A stretch of 64,000 bases of DNA from an uncultured Verrucomicrobiae bacterium (GCA_963706955.1 CAVPOC010000003.1:480001-544000); one strand, 5' to 3'. Counted from the first letter of the stretch, positions 50,840 to 63,689 are shown. A program made the numbers and translations. Notes: generated by a model from the sequence alone, not told the origin.

Positions 50840-51902
50840 TTAGGCGATCATCCACCCCTCTTCATAGACTTGTGTGTGGGCTGGATCGAAATGGACATGT
50901 GCCGCGGAAGCAGGGATCTCCGTACCTTCCGGAACCAGCAGCTTGATTGAATGACGCGCATGCTTCGTCTCGACGATGCGAAAACGTCCAGCATCCGAAA
51001 CCTTGATCACATCGACTGGAAGGCCCGTGGCGGTAAAGCTTACGAATTCGGGCCTGACACCAAGCTCCAGATGTTTTTCCCCGCTTCGTCTTGGCCTCCA
51101 CTGTTTTGACGGCGTGCTCACCAATGAATGCCTGGCCCGACTTTATCTCGCAGGGAAGGACATTCATGCCCGGCGAACCGATGAAATGCCCGACGAACGT
51201 ATGGCGCGGGTGCTCGAACAATTCTACTGGCGTGCCGATCTGCACGATCAGGCCATCTTTCATGACAACCACTTGTTCCGCAAAGGTCAGCGCTTCCGTC
51301 TGGTCGTGCGTGACATAGATCATGGTTCGGCGTGTTCTATGATGAAGTTCCTTCAGCTTCGAGCGAAGCTGCCACTTTAGATGTGGATCGATAACCGTCA
51401 GCGGCTCATCGAACATAATGACGTTTACGTCCGTTCGCACCAGTCCTCGGCCAAGCGAAATCTTTTGCTTTCCATCAGCCGTTAAGCCCGCAGCGCGCCG
51501 ATCGAGAACCTTATCGAGTTCGAGCAATTTGGCAATTTCTCCGACCCGCCTTTCTACTTCCGGCTTCTCAATTCGCCGGTTGCGCAGGGGAAAAGCTAGA
51601 TTGTCGTGAATGCTCATCGTGTCGTAGATCACTGGGAACTGAAAAACCTGCGCGATGTTGCGCTTTTCGGGAGTCGCTTCCGTGACGTCGCGCTCGTCGA
51701 AGAAAATACGCCCTTCGGTCGGTCGCAGCAGGCCCGAGATCAGGCTGAGCAGTGTCGTCTTTCCGCAGCCCGAGGGTCCAAGAAGCGCATAGGCACCCCC
51801 GTCTCGGCATTCCAGTGAGATCCTTTTGAGTGCCCAGTCGTCCTCGCGCGTCGGTTTCGCGACATAGCTGTGGCGGAGATCCCTGATCGAAATCTTGGCC
51901 AT
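50840..51902 (-). CDS. ABC ATPase, GlpT-like; frameshift near 51085
   Basis: GPSGCGKT, degenerate signature LTADGKQ, FDEP and YVTHDQ; the TOBE tail LELGVRPEF is in ORF 50840-51124. Confidence 0.9.
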
Positions 51903-52975
51903 CACTCTCCTCCGCCGACGAATTTGCCGCTCTGGTCGAAGAAGAAGGCCCGATCAACATCGACGTGCAGCGTGGCGACCGAGCCCACGTCGAAGGGATG
52001 GATTCCATGCGATTGCGAAACCCACGTTTGCCCATTCATGTCAAAGTGGATGACGCTTTCGGAGCCAGACAGCTCTGTAACGAGCACGCGACCAGTCATG
52101 ACCGAAGAGCTTTTCTTTTGCGGCGCAGGCGTAATATGGTGCGGTCTAATTCCGATCGTATAGAACCCGTCCGGCAGATTCTGCCCCTTTTCACCGACCG
52201 GCCATTTGACCGTCTCGGTCAGGATAATCGAATTTTCCCGCTTCTCCACTGGCGCTGTATTGAGGGGTGGGTCGGAAAAGACCCTGGCACTGGTTAGGTC
52301 GGATGGCCGGCGGTAAATCCGCGAGGTGGGCCCAAACTGCGTCACCCTTCCTTCGTGGAGGGTTGCTGTGTTGCCTCCGAAGAGCAGCGCCTCCATCGGT
52401 TCCGTCGTGGCATAGACGACCATCCGCTTTCGGCCGAGGAACAGCTTCGGCAGCTCATCGCGCATTTCCTCGCGCAGCTTGTAATCAAGATTGGCGAGAG
52501 GTTCGTCGAGAAGAATCAGATCCGAATCCTTCACGATTGCTCGCGCGATGGCTGTTCTCTGCTGCTGACCGCCGGAGAGCTCCATCGGTTTGCGCTCAAG
52601 CATCGGTGTAAGCCTGAGCAAATCCGCCGCACTGCGCACGCGTTTGTCGATCTCGGTCTTTTCCAAGCCAGCGACGCGCAGAGGCGAGGCGATGTTCTCG
52701 TAGACAGTGAAATTCGAATAGTTGATGAATTGCTGATAGACCATCGAGACGTTCCGCTTTTGCACGGGAACGCCCGTCACATCTTTGCCATCGTTGAGAA
52801 TCGATCCTGATGTCGGAGCTTGGATGCCGGCCATCAGGCGCATCAGGGTCGTCTTGCCGGCGAGTGTGCTTCCGAGAAGGATGTTGAAAGTGCCTTCCTC
52901 GATGACCAGGTTAGTTTCGTGAATGTGGACTTCGGCGCCTACACGCTTCGTGACATTTTTCAATTCAAGCGGCAT
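51902..52975 (-). CDS. ABC ATPase, GlpS-like
   Basis: GSTLAGKT, LSGGQQQR and LLDEPLANLD motifs. Confidence 0.92.
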   Translation of the reverse strand: MPLELKNVTKRVGAEVHIHETNLVIEEGTFNILLGSTLAGKTTLMRLMAGIQAPTSGSILNDGKDVTGVPVQKRNVSMVYQQFINYSNFTVYENIASPLRVAGLEKTEIDKRVRSAADLLRLTPMLERKPMELSGGQQQRTAIARAIVKDSDLILLDEPLANLDYKLREEMRDELPKLFLGRKRMVVYATTEPMEALLFGGNTATLHEGRVTQFGPTSRIYRRPSDLTSARVFSDPPLNTAPVEKRENSIILTETVKWPVGEKGQNLPDGFYTIGIRPHHITPAPQKKSSSVMTGRVLVTELSGSESVIHFDMNGQTWVSQSHGIHPFDVGSVATLHVDVDRAFFFDQSGKFVGGGE

Positions 52976-53071
52976 GTCGCCTGGCAGTCCTCAACGATGC
53001 TTTGCTGGGGCCACTTTAGCCGCTGACTCCGGGTCGCGCCAGTGGCGCGCGCCCGGAGTCGGAGAAGGAAG

Positions 53072-54952
53072 CTACTTTGCCGTAGTCCAGCGCTTGATCA
53101 GCTCGTCATAGGCAATTGTTTCGCCCGGTGGCTTCTCGTTGGCGAGCTTCGCCGCTGGGCCATCCGGCTTACCCAGCCATTCTTTCGGATCTTTCTCTGG
53201 GTTCAGGCGTGGTCCGCAGCCGCCGTAGGTCTTGGCCTGTTCGTCCGCCGCCTGCATGCGCGCCATGATCTGATCCATTTCGGCAGCCAGCCGGTTCATC
53301 GCTTGTTCCGGCGTGAAGACGCCTGAATTTACGTCGCCAATCTGCTGCCACCAGAGTTGCGCCAGCTTTGGATAGTCGGGAACGTTGATGCCAGTCGGTG
53401 TCCAGAGCACGCGGTCTGGCGAACGATAGAACTCGACAAGCCCGCCGAGCTTCGGCGCGCGCTCGGTGAACGATTTGTCATTGATGTCCGAATTGCGGAT
53501 GATCGTCAGCCCGACGTGGCTCTTCTTCAACGACACGGTTTTGGATACCGTAAACTGCGCATAGAGCCAGGCTGCCTTGCGGCGGTCGATCGGGGTAGAC
53601 TTGAACATCGTCCATGAACCGCAGTCCTGATAGCCGAGTTTCATCCCCTCTTCCCAATAAGGTCCATGTGGAGAAGGGGCCATCCGCCACAGGGGCACGC
53701 CCTTGTCATCCACCGTATTGTTGCCCTCGCTCTTCGGCTTGACCATGTCGGCAGTGAAGGCGGTGTACCAGAAGATCTGTTGAGCAACGTTGCCCTGGTT
53801 GAGTGCCGGAAGCGATTGATAGAAGTCCAGGTCGGCGGCACCGGGTGGTGCATATTTGCGCAGCCACTCGTCCCATTTCGCAATCGCGTAGATCGAGGCC
53901 GGAGAGTTGGTTCCGCCCCCGCGCGACACCGACGCTCCAGCGGGATTGCATGAGCCCTTTTCCATGCGGATGCCCCACTCGTCGATCGGCCGGCCATTGG
54001 GCAGACCTTTCGACGTGGAGCCGGCCATGGAAAGCCAGGCATCCGTCATGCGCCAGCCGAGGTCAGGAGCGCGCTTGCCGTAGTCCATATGGCCGTAGAT
54101 GCGGACGCCGTCGATCTCTTTCACATCATTCGTGAAGAAATCCGCGATGTCTTCATAGGCCGACCAGTTCACTGGAACGCCGAGCTCATAGCCGTATTTA
54201 GCCTTGAACTTGTCCTTGATGTCCTGCCGGTCGAACCAGTCTTTTCGGAACCAATACAGATTGGCAAATTGCTGGTCGGGCAGCTGCCACAATTTGCCGT
54301 CGGGTCCGGTTGTAAACGACTTGCCGATAAAATCGTCGACGTCCAGGGTCGGCAGGGTCACGTCCTTGCCCTCGCCACCCATCCAATCTGTCAGGTTGAC
54401 GGCGCTTTGCAGACGTGAATGCGTTCCAATGAGATCGGAATCGTTAATATAGGCATCATAAAGGTTGCGGTTGGTCTGCATCTGCGTCTGAACCGCCTGG
54501 ACCACTTCGCCCTCGCCAAGGAGCTGATGGTTCACCTTGATGCCGGTGATCTGCTCGAACGCTTTGGTTAAAACTTCAGATTCATAGGTATGTGTCGGAA
54601 CGGTTTCCGAGAGCACATTGATTTCCATTCCCTTGAACGGCGCGGCCGCCTTGATGAACCACTCCATCTCTTTTATCTGCTCCTCTTTGGAGAGCGTCGA
54701 AGGTTGGAATTCACTATCGACCCATTTCTTTGCTTCTTCGATGCCAGCAAAGGTAAGACCGGCGAACGACATGGTCGCCAAGAGAACACCCGAAGCCACC
54801 AGATTTTTTAACCTAGATTTGCAAAGAACTTCAGTCGTGCCAGCGTGGTCACTATTTTGATATGTAAACGCGGAAATTCGGATTTCGCTTCCCGCGTGAA
54901 GGGGTGGTTCCTGGACTAAGCCAGGACCTTTTTTTTCGATGTTTGTTTTCAT
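53072..54952 (-). CDS. ABC substrate-binding protein, GlpV-like (glycerol)
   Basis: FQPSTLSKEEQ, SETVPTH, NDSDLIGTH and GWRMTDAWLSMAG segments resembling the rhizobial glycerol SBP. Start is uncertain. Confidence 0.85.
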   Translation of the reverse strand: MKTNIEKKGPGLVQEPPLHAGSEIRISAFTYQNSDHAGTTEVLCKSRLKNLVASGVLLATMSFAGLTFAGIEEAKKWVDSEFQPSTLSKEEQIKEMEWFIKAAAPFKGMEINVLSETVPTHTYESEVLTKAFEQITGIKVNHQLLGEGEVVQAVQTQMQTNRNLYDAYINDSDLIGTHSRLQSAVNLTDWMGGEGKDVTLPTLDVDDFIGKSFTTGPDGKLWQLPDQQFANLYWFRKDWFDRQDIKDKFKAKYGYELGVPVNWSAYEDIADFFTNDVKEIDGVRIYGHMDYGKRAPDLGWRMTDAWLSMAGSTSKGLPNGRPIDEWGIRMEKGSCNPAGASVSRGGGTNSPASIYAIAKWDEWLRKYAPPGAADLDFYQSLPALNQGNVAQQIFWYTAFTADMVKPKSEGNNTVDDKGVPLWRMAPSPHGPYWEEGMKLGYQDCGSWTMFKSTPIDRRKAAWLYAQFTVSKTVSLKKSHVGLTIIRNSDINDKSFTERAPKLGGLVEFYRSPDRVLWTPTGINVPDYPKLAQLWWQQIGDVNSGVFTPEQAMNRLAAEMDQIMARMQAADEQAKTYGGCGPRLNPEKDPKEWLGKPDGPAAKLANEKPPGETIAYDELIKRWTTAK

Positions 54953-55632
54953 GGGGGGTACTAAATGTGTCAAGAAGTGCGGCTGCATCCAAGCGCCGAT
55001 AGTGAAGAGGGGAACAGAGTTTGTTCGAGTTTGGCCACTGAGCGGACGACTAGTGTCGCCAAGTCATTCCAGATCGAACAGACCTGAGCGCGGCGGGGGG
55101 ATCGCCCAATTTTCAGACACGAAGGGATGCTAACGCGAAGTCTTTCTTTGCGCAAATCGAAATGTGATCGACGGCAAAATGAGGCAACCATTGGATCTTG
55201 TGAGTGGCAACCGGTATCGCGAGCGGTGTAGCTTGGCGGATCGCTTCGAACTGGGCGGGTGCAGTCCACTCCGATACGCGGCCATCAATCAAATCGCCGC
55301 GACTGCCGTTCGGTGCCGATGCTTGCTGCGCTGATTCTCGCGAAACGCCCTCCTAAGTGCGAAGCGCCTGTTATACATAGGTTTGGGGTCATGCATAGGC
55401 ATGGCATCTTGCATTTTTAGATAGACCTCGCAAGGAAGATTGGTTTCACCGGTGTGTAACGTTGGTGCTCGGAAAGGCGGCCAGAAGCCTCGGCTGCGCT
55501 CATCGACTCGACATAGGTTCACAAAGCCTATCAGCAGGAGAAAGAATGCTTTTCCCGACTATACGAAACTTCGCGCGAATAAGCGCATTTTAGCGTTGGC
55601 TCGATGGCGATTGGTCCTTATATGCCAGCTGT

Positions 55633-56310
55633 ATGAGGAAATACTTGGTTGAATTCATCGGGACTTTCTTTCTCGTCTTTACAGTTGGTAACACGGTTAT
55701 CGAGCCCGGCGCGGGACCACTCGCCCCAATTGCGATCGGATCGATCCTTATGGTAATGATTTTTGCCGGAGGACATATCTCTGGCGGCCATTACAACCCC
55801 GCGGTCACTCTCGCGGTGTGGATGCGCGGTAAATGTCCGACGAGCGATGTGCCTGGCTATGTGATCGCTCAAGTCGCGGCCGGATTGGTGGCGGCCTTTC
55901 TCGTTTTGTTTATGAAAGGAGATCCGCAGATAAGCGCGATGGCTTTTGAAAGAGGTGCACTCATTCCACTGCTGGCGGAATTTCTTGGCACGTTTGCGCT
56001 TGCCTTTGTCGTCCTGAACGCTGCCACCGCAACGGCCAACTCCAACAATTCGTTCTATGGGTTAGCCATCGGTTTTACCGTCCTGGCTTCCGCGTTCTCC
56101 CTTGGAGGCTATTCGGGAGGTGCGTTCAACCCGGCCGTCGCAGTCGGCATCACTGCGATGGGACTAAATGCCGTCGGAAATATCTGGATTCATCTGATCG
56201 GCGAGCTCGCCGGCGGAGCGGTTGCGGCGGTGACCTTTCGTTTCGTTAGTCCGGACGACGTTCAGCGCGCCGTCGTGTCGCCACCGGACCGACCTATCAG
56301 AGCGAAGTAA
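55633..56310 (+). CDS. MIP/aquaporin family channel
   Basis: EFIGTF, SGGHYNPAVT, AEFLGTF and GGAFNPAVA motifs. Confidence 0.93.
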   Translation: MRKYLVEFIGTFFLVFTVGNTVIEPGAGPLAPIAIGSILMVMIFAGGHISGGHYNPAVTLAVWMRGKCPTSDVPGYVIAQVAAGLVAAFLVLFMKGDPQISAMAFERGALIPLLAEFLGTFALAFVVLNAATATANSNNSFYGLAIGFTVLASAFSLGGYSGGAFNPAVAVGITAMGLNAVGNIWIHLIGELAGGAVAAVTFRFVSPDDVQRAVVSPPDRPIRAK

Positions 56311-56409
56311 AGTGCTAGCATCGAGCATACGATTAATAAGAGCGATACTCATAAGAGCCGATACTCGATCGGCATCTTCGCTTTGGCGTATCGATAAGAT
56401 TTAGAGGAC

Positions 56410-57170
56410 TCGAGATCGTGCTCCCGCGGACGAGTCCGAAGACTTATCCACAGATTCCACGATTCAGAAATGGGGAAGACCCGCGTCTCGCGTGTCCGGC
56501 AAGGTGTCCTCGCCACGCAATCAGAAAAGCGGCAGTGTGAGGAGAATTAGGCAGACCTTCCTCGGGCAATTGTGAGCGCAGCAGCTCTGCCAAAGGTCTG
56601 TGAAACACATAGGCAAAATGGCTAATGGTTAAGAGTTGCTCGTTGGGAAACGAATTATCCTGACCTGCGTCAGGCTCAATAAAAGTGAGAGTCGAGAGAT
56701 GCTAGGATTCAGAATCTTATCCACAGATTTCACCGATTCACACAGATGCAGAATGGGGAAACACACGCGTCTCGCGTTCCGGCGAGACATTCTCGCCTCG
56801 GAATTAAAGAAGCAGCGATTTGAGGAGAATCATCGAGACCTGCTCCCACAATAATCGGCGTAATAGCCTGCGAAGGATGCTGAATACATAGCAATCGCCA
56901 CTACCTCGATAGGCTTGAGCGATGTATCGCGCCCTTTAGCCGTGAGTCACGCTCCCGGCCAGCGTCGGCGGACCTCAACGAGTTCCATCGCATATGGCCT
57001 GTGTAAATCTGCGAAAATTGAGGACCGCCCCGGCAGTGAGGCACGGGATTGTGGCTCCCGCAGACGAGGCCAGGTCCTATCCACGGATTTCACCGATTCA
57101 CACAGATCAGAAAGTGGGGAGCATACGCGTCCTACGCGCCCAGCGAGGCGTCCTCGCCTCACAATCAATG
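56410..57170. repeat. Three degenerate tandem copies of a composite non-coding repeat
   Basis: (t/c)tatccac(a/g)gatt..cgattc...gaa..tgggga...cgcgtc..cgcg..c.gc.ag...t.ctcgcc cores at ~56444, ~56717 and ~57077. Confidence 0.8.
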
Positions 57171-57177
57171 AGGGTCG

Positions 57178-57332
57178 CATCCCCCAGTTGTGCTCTCTTA
57201 ACCGCACACGCAAATCGCTGCAAATCGCCCAGCTTCCAATATAGATCCGCTTCCGCCGCTTTCGCTTCGCCCGTCGCGCCCCTCCTTCACAGTCCGAAAG
57301 CAGGCTGCCCGCTGAAGCTGCGCCTTCAGGCG
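57178..57332 (-). pseudogene. Eroded duplicate of the GIY-YIG gene segment and its upstream leader
   Basis: 57178-57253 matches 57479-57546, and 57255-57332 matches 57611-57695. Confidence 0.75.
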
Positions 57333-57652
57333 TTACACTCGTCGAGCAACCTTTTGTGGAGAAATGCTCGACCCGATCCGCTCTTGAGATAGTGCTCGAA
57401 CGCGCGCGATCCTTCCTCGCTACAGAAGCCCGCATACCAGGCCAGCGCCCAGGGACGATACCCGGCGGTGTGCGGCGACATCCCCCAGTTGTGCTCTCTC
57501 AGCTGCTCACGCAAATCGCTCGTGCTCCCAATATAGATCCGCTTCGGCTCTTTGATTGAACGCAGCACGTAAACATAGTTAAAAGCCCTCCTTCGCCAAG
57601 GCTCTGGCGGGCCGCTTTCGCCCCGCCCGTCGTGATGGCTACCCTCCTTCAC
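57326..57652 (-). CDS. Small GIY-YIG nuclease-family protein (start uncertain)
   Basis: YVYVLRS, IYIGST, EHN, HT..YRPW and AFEHYLKSGSGRAF motifs. Confidence 0.85.
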   Translation of the reverse strand: MKEGSHHDGRGESGPPEPWRRRAFNYVYVLRSIKEPKRIYIGSTSDLREQLREHNWGMSPHTAGYRPWALAWYAGFCSEEGSRAFEHYLKSGSGRAFLHKRLLDECNA

Positions 57653-57702
57653 AGTCCGAAAGCGGGCCTGCCCGCTGAAGCTGCGCCTTTAGGCGAAGCG
57701 AA

Positions 57703-57773
57703 AGCGGGTGAAGGGAATCGAACCCTCGTGTCCAGCTTGGGAAGCTGGCGTTCTACCATTGAACTACACCCGC
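57703..57773 (-). tRNA. tRNA-Gly (CCC), CCA not encoded
   Basis: GCGGGTGTAGTTCAATGGTAGAACGCCAGCTTCCCAAGCTGGACACGAGGGTTCGATTCCCTTCACCCGCT folds into a cloverleaf with anticodon CCC. Confidence 0.97.
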
Positions 57774-57780
57774 ATCAAAT

Positions 57781-58296
57781 TTAGTCCCAGGAGCGGACTT
57801 GCTGGCGACTAATTGCATTCGTGTTCCAAACACCTACTTTCTTCATGATCGTGGCATTTGAAGAAGTCGTCCCGTTTGTGGATACGCCAACCCGATTGTC
57901 GTAGTCGCCGTCGAGCGCAACGTAGTAAGAGTTCGCCCAGGGATCAACGAAAACATCATTTAGAATGCCGCCTTTGCCTTTCTTATAGTTCAAGACTTCA
58001 AGGAAAATGATTTTGCGCGGATTCAAGTTGGTGTCGGTTCCTGTCAAGGCACCAAGAATATTGCTATTCACAGTCTGCGGCGTCGAATTCGAATTTGGCA
58101 GGCGGCCGTATTCGGTGTCATAAGCGACGATGGCCGTGGCGATCTGCATTGCGTCGTTCTTAGCTTGCGCTTTCTTCGCCGAATCGAGCGCCCCTTGCAC
58201 CGCCGGAAAAAGCAAGCTCATGAGAACTCCAATAATCGCCACCACCACAAGCAACTCAATGATGGTGAAACCTGGGGGAGATTTCAGAGCACGCAT
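57781..58296 (-). CDS. Type IV pilin/pseudopilin-like protein
   Basis: Prepilin cleavage motif GFTIIELLVVVAIIGVL and DPW motif. Confidence 0.9.
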   Translation of the reverse strand: MRALKSPPGFTIIELLVVVAIIGVLMSLLFPAVQGALDSAKKAQAKNDAMQIATAIVAYDTEYGRLPNSNSTPQTVNSNILGALTGTDTNLNPRKIIFLEVLNYKKGKGGILNDVFVDPWANSYYVALDGDYDNRVGVSTNGTTSSNATIMKKVGVWNTNAISRQQVRSWD

Positions 58297-58380
58297 CGCG
58301 ACGCTCGCAGGGTGGAACTGGATACCTACCGGAGCAAGCATTTTCTTGCAGAGGAGTCCTCATCTACGCGAAAAACAGAC

Positions 58381-60537
58381 GTGACTCGCGAAAAAAAACC
58401 CTCCGGCGAGCGCACTAAAGAAGACCTCCGAGTGCGGATTCTTGGGCTATTGACAGAGCGGGCGCTGAACAAAGTGGAGATTTCCAAGTCTCTCGGCCTA
58501 CCGGCACAGCAACGGGGAAGGCTCCGCGAACTACTCCGAGACATGGAGGTGGACGGCGAAGTTGCCCGAATACGAAAAGATCGCTACGTAATTCCAAAAG
58601 ATGCCGACCTGCTGACCGGGCCGATTCAGTTTCATGCCAGCGGATCCGCACACGTGCTTGGGGAGAAGTCCGGCCAACCGGATCTTTTCATCAGCCCAGA
58701 GAATTCGTTCACCGCGATGCATGGCGACCGGGTGGTCGCCCGCTTGATCACTGAGAGACTGCCTGAGAGCGAATGGAAACTAGGACGCCCGGCCAAGACG
58801 CCGCGCCGCGAGGGACGGGTCATCCGAATCCTGGAACGGGTGAACGAGACCATCGTCGGCACGCTGCAACGCTCTCGCAATTTTTACTTTGTCGTCGCTG
58901 ACGATCCGCGCTTCGTCCACAACCTCTATGTTCCTGCACCCGCTCCTCCTCTCTCTGCCGGCGTCGGCGATAAGGTCGTTGCCAAGCTGGATGCCTGGCC
59001 GTCGCGGCACGTCAATCCCGAGGGCCATCTCGTCGAGGTCCTTGGACCCGCAGGTAGTCCTGGAGTGGACATGCTCTCGATTATCCGCAAGTACCGCCTG
59101 CCGTCGGAATTTCCACAGGAGGTCATCCGCGAAGCGGAGAGTCTTCCCAGTCAAATCGATCCCGACGAGGTCGCACGCCGGGTGGACCTGCGCGACCGCT
59201 TCATCCTCACGATTGATCCCGATGACGCCCGCGACTTCGATGATGCCATCGAGGTGGAGGCAACTCCGGAAGGCTGGAGCGTCGGCATTCACATTGCCGA
59301 CGTCTCCCACTACGTCGCGCCCAAGAGTAAGCTCGACCGTGAGGCCGTCTCCCGCGGAAACAGCGTCTACCTCGCCGACCGGGTAATTCCAATGCTGCCG
59401 GAGGCGCTCAGCAACGCACTCTGCAGCCTCCGCCCGAACGAAGATCACCTGACTTTCTCTGTCTTCGCTGCCGTCAATCGAAAGGGGAAAGTCCATTCGG
59501 TGCGTTTCGCGAAAACGCTCATCCGGAGCGTCGCACGGCTGACGTATAAGGAAGCGCTTGCCCGGCTCGAGCGTCCTCCGGTCGATGAGGTCGGTCGAAA
59601 GCTTCACCTCGCCTGGCAGCTGGCATCCGAACTGCGCGCAAAGAGGTTTGCGGCCGGTTCGCTCGATCTGGATTTTCCGGAGGTAAAGGTCTGGCTCGAT
59701 GCCCAAGGGAAACCTTTGCGTCTCGAAAAGATTGAAAACGACATCTCCCACCAACTTGTCGAAGAATTGATGCTCCTGGCGAACGAGCTCGTCGCACGCG
59801 AGCTGATGCGGCGGCGCCAGCCCTCGATTTACCGCGTCCACGAAAAGCCTGATCTGGATCGAATGCTCGAGTTTCGAGAGACGGCGCTCGCCTTGGGCGT
59901 CCCCTGCGGCGACCTTTCTCATCGGCCCGAGCTGCAAAGACTGCTCGCCTCTGTCCGCGGCAAACCTCAGGAATATGCGATCAAGCTGGGGTTGCTAAAA
60001 AGTCTCAAGCGCGCCCGCTATGCTCCCGAACCGCTCGGGCATTACGGTCTGCACAAAAGCGATTACACGCATTTCACCAGCCCGATCCGGCGCTACTCGG
60101 ATCTCGTCGTCCACCGCGCCTTGGCCTATTTGCTTGGACTCACCAAGCGCGGGGCCGATTCCGCGGGCCTTGCTTCGGTCGCCGACCACATCTCGACGAC
60201 GGAACGGGTCGCCGCGGACGCCGAGAAGGACTCGGTCAAGCTCAAAAAGCTCGAGTTTTTTCAAAACCACCTTTCGTCACGTGACGGCGGCGACATCTTT
60301 CCGGCGCGCATTCTAGAAGTGCGCAACTATGGGCTGCTCATCGAGTTGCCTGACTTTCTCATGAACGGGCTCGTGCATGTCTCCGCGCTGGATGGCGATT
60401 TTTTTCTCCTCGATGCTGCCCATTCGCGTCTGGTGGGTCGCCGCTCCCGCCGCGTATTTAAGGTTGGCGACGAAATCCGCGTTCAAGTCGCCAGAGTGGA
60501 CCATTTCAAGCAGCAGGTGGACTTTCGGCCGGTGTGA
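58381..60537 (+). CDS. rnr: Ribonuclease R
   Basis: N-terminal HTH, AMHGDRV, RNB motifs TIDPDDARDFDDA and HFTSPIRRYSDL, C-terminal S1 domain. Confidence 0.95.
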   Translation: MTREKKPSGERTKEDLRVRILGLLTERALNKVEISKSLGLPAQQRGRLRELLRDMEVDGEVARIRKDRYVIPKDADLLTGPIQFHASGSAHVLGEKSGQPDLFISPENSFTAMHGDRVVARLITERLPESEWKLGRPAKTPRREGRVIRILERVNETIVGTLQRSRNFYFVVADDPRFVHNLYVPAPAPPLSAGVGDKVVAKLDAWPSRHVNPEGHLVEVLGPAGSPGVDMLSIIRKYRLPSEFPQEVIREAESLPSQIDPDEVARRVDLRDRFILTIDPDDARDFDDAIEVEATPEGWSVGIHIADVSHYVAPKSKLDREAVSRGNSVYLADRVIPMLPEALSNALCSLRPNEDHLTFSVFAAVNRKGKVHSVRFAKTLIRSVARLTYKEALARLERPPVDEVGRKLHLAWQLASELRAKRFAAGSLDLDFPEVKVWLDAQGKPLRLEKIENDISHQLVEELMLLANELVARELMRRRQPSIYRVHEKPDLDRMLEFRETALALGVPCGDLSHRPELQRLLASVRGKPQEYAIKLGLLKSLKRARYAPEPLGHYGLHKSDYTHFTSPIRRYSDLVVHRALAYLLGLTKRGADSAGLASVADHISTTERVAADAEKDSVKLKKLEFFQNHLSSRDGGDIFPARILEVRNYGLLIELPDFLMNGLVHVSALDGDFFLLDAAHSRLVGRRSRRVFKVGDEIRVQVARVDHFKQQVDFRPV

Positions 60538-60630
60538 ACGCCCTGAGAATTTCGCTGAAAGCCTAAAAAATTAAGTTGTTACCCGCCCTCAGATGATTTT
60601 CAATCATAATGTTCCCAACTGTGTATATTG

Positions 60631-60834
60631 ATGGATACCATACTTGAGTCGCGCGAGGTTCAGGTCGAGCGCAAGCACTTCTTCATCGAGTTTCGCGAGA
60701 ACGACCGTGGTCGCTTTCTCCGGATTACCGAGGAAGCACACGGCCGCCGCAACACGGTGATCATTCCCAGCACGGGGCTCGAGGAATTCGAACGCCTCTT
60801 GAATGAAGTGCTTGCCGTCGGTGCCCGCCCCTGA
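60631..60834 (+). CDS. PUR-alpha/DUF3276-like single-stranded nucleic-acid-binding protein
   Basis: ERKHFFIEFRENDRGRFLRITE...RNTVIIP, a single PUR-repeat pattern. Confidence 0.8.
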   Translation: MDTILESREVQVERKHFFIEFRENDRGRFLRITEEAHGRRNTVIIPSTGLEEFERLLNEVLAVGARP

Positions 60835-60939
60835 TGTCGTCTTAGAGAACTTTTTCGCGGAGAATCGTTCCGCTTTACGCTGACGCTTTCGGCGCCTCTG
60901 CAAAGATGGCAGGGGTGCCGCGTCGCTTTTTTTCCTGCT

Positions 60940-63689
<2,750 letters not shown>

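Noticed and set aside
55398..55416. Sigma-54-like promoter upstream of the MIP gene (aggcatggcatcttgcat)
   Set aside because: The GG-to-GC spacing is 11 nt rather than the required 10.
56444..56725. Two perfect DnaA boxes (TTATCCACA at 56444 and 56717) suggesting oriC
   Set aside because: They are part of the tandem repeat unit, the third copy is degenerate, and there is no dnaA/dnaN context or clear AT-rich unwinding element.
56410..57170. Possible CRISPR array
   Set aside because: The units are long, diverged and irregularly spaced, and there are no cas genes in the window.
13400..57773. Integrative island anchored at tRNA-Gly
   Set aside because: I found no integrase and no duplicated tRNA 3' end (att site) in the window.
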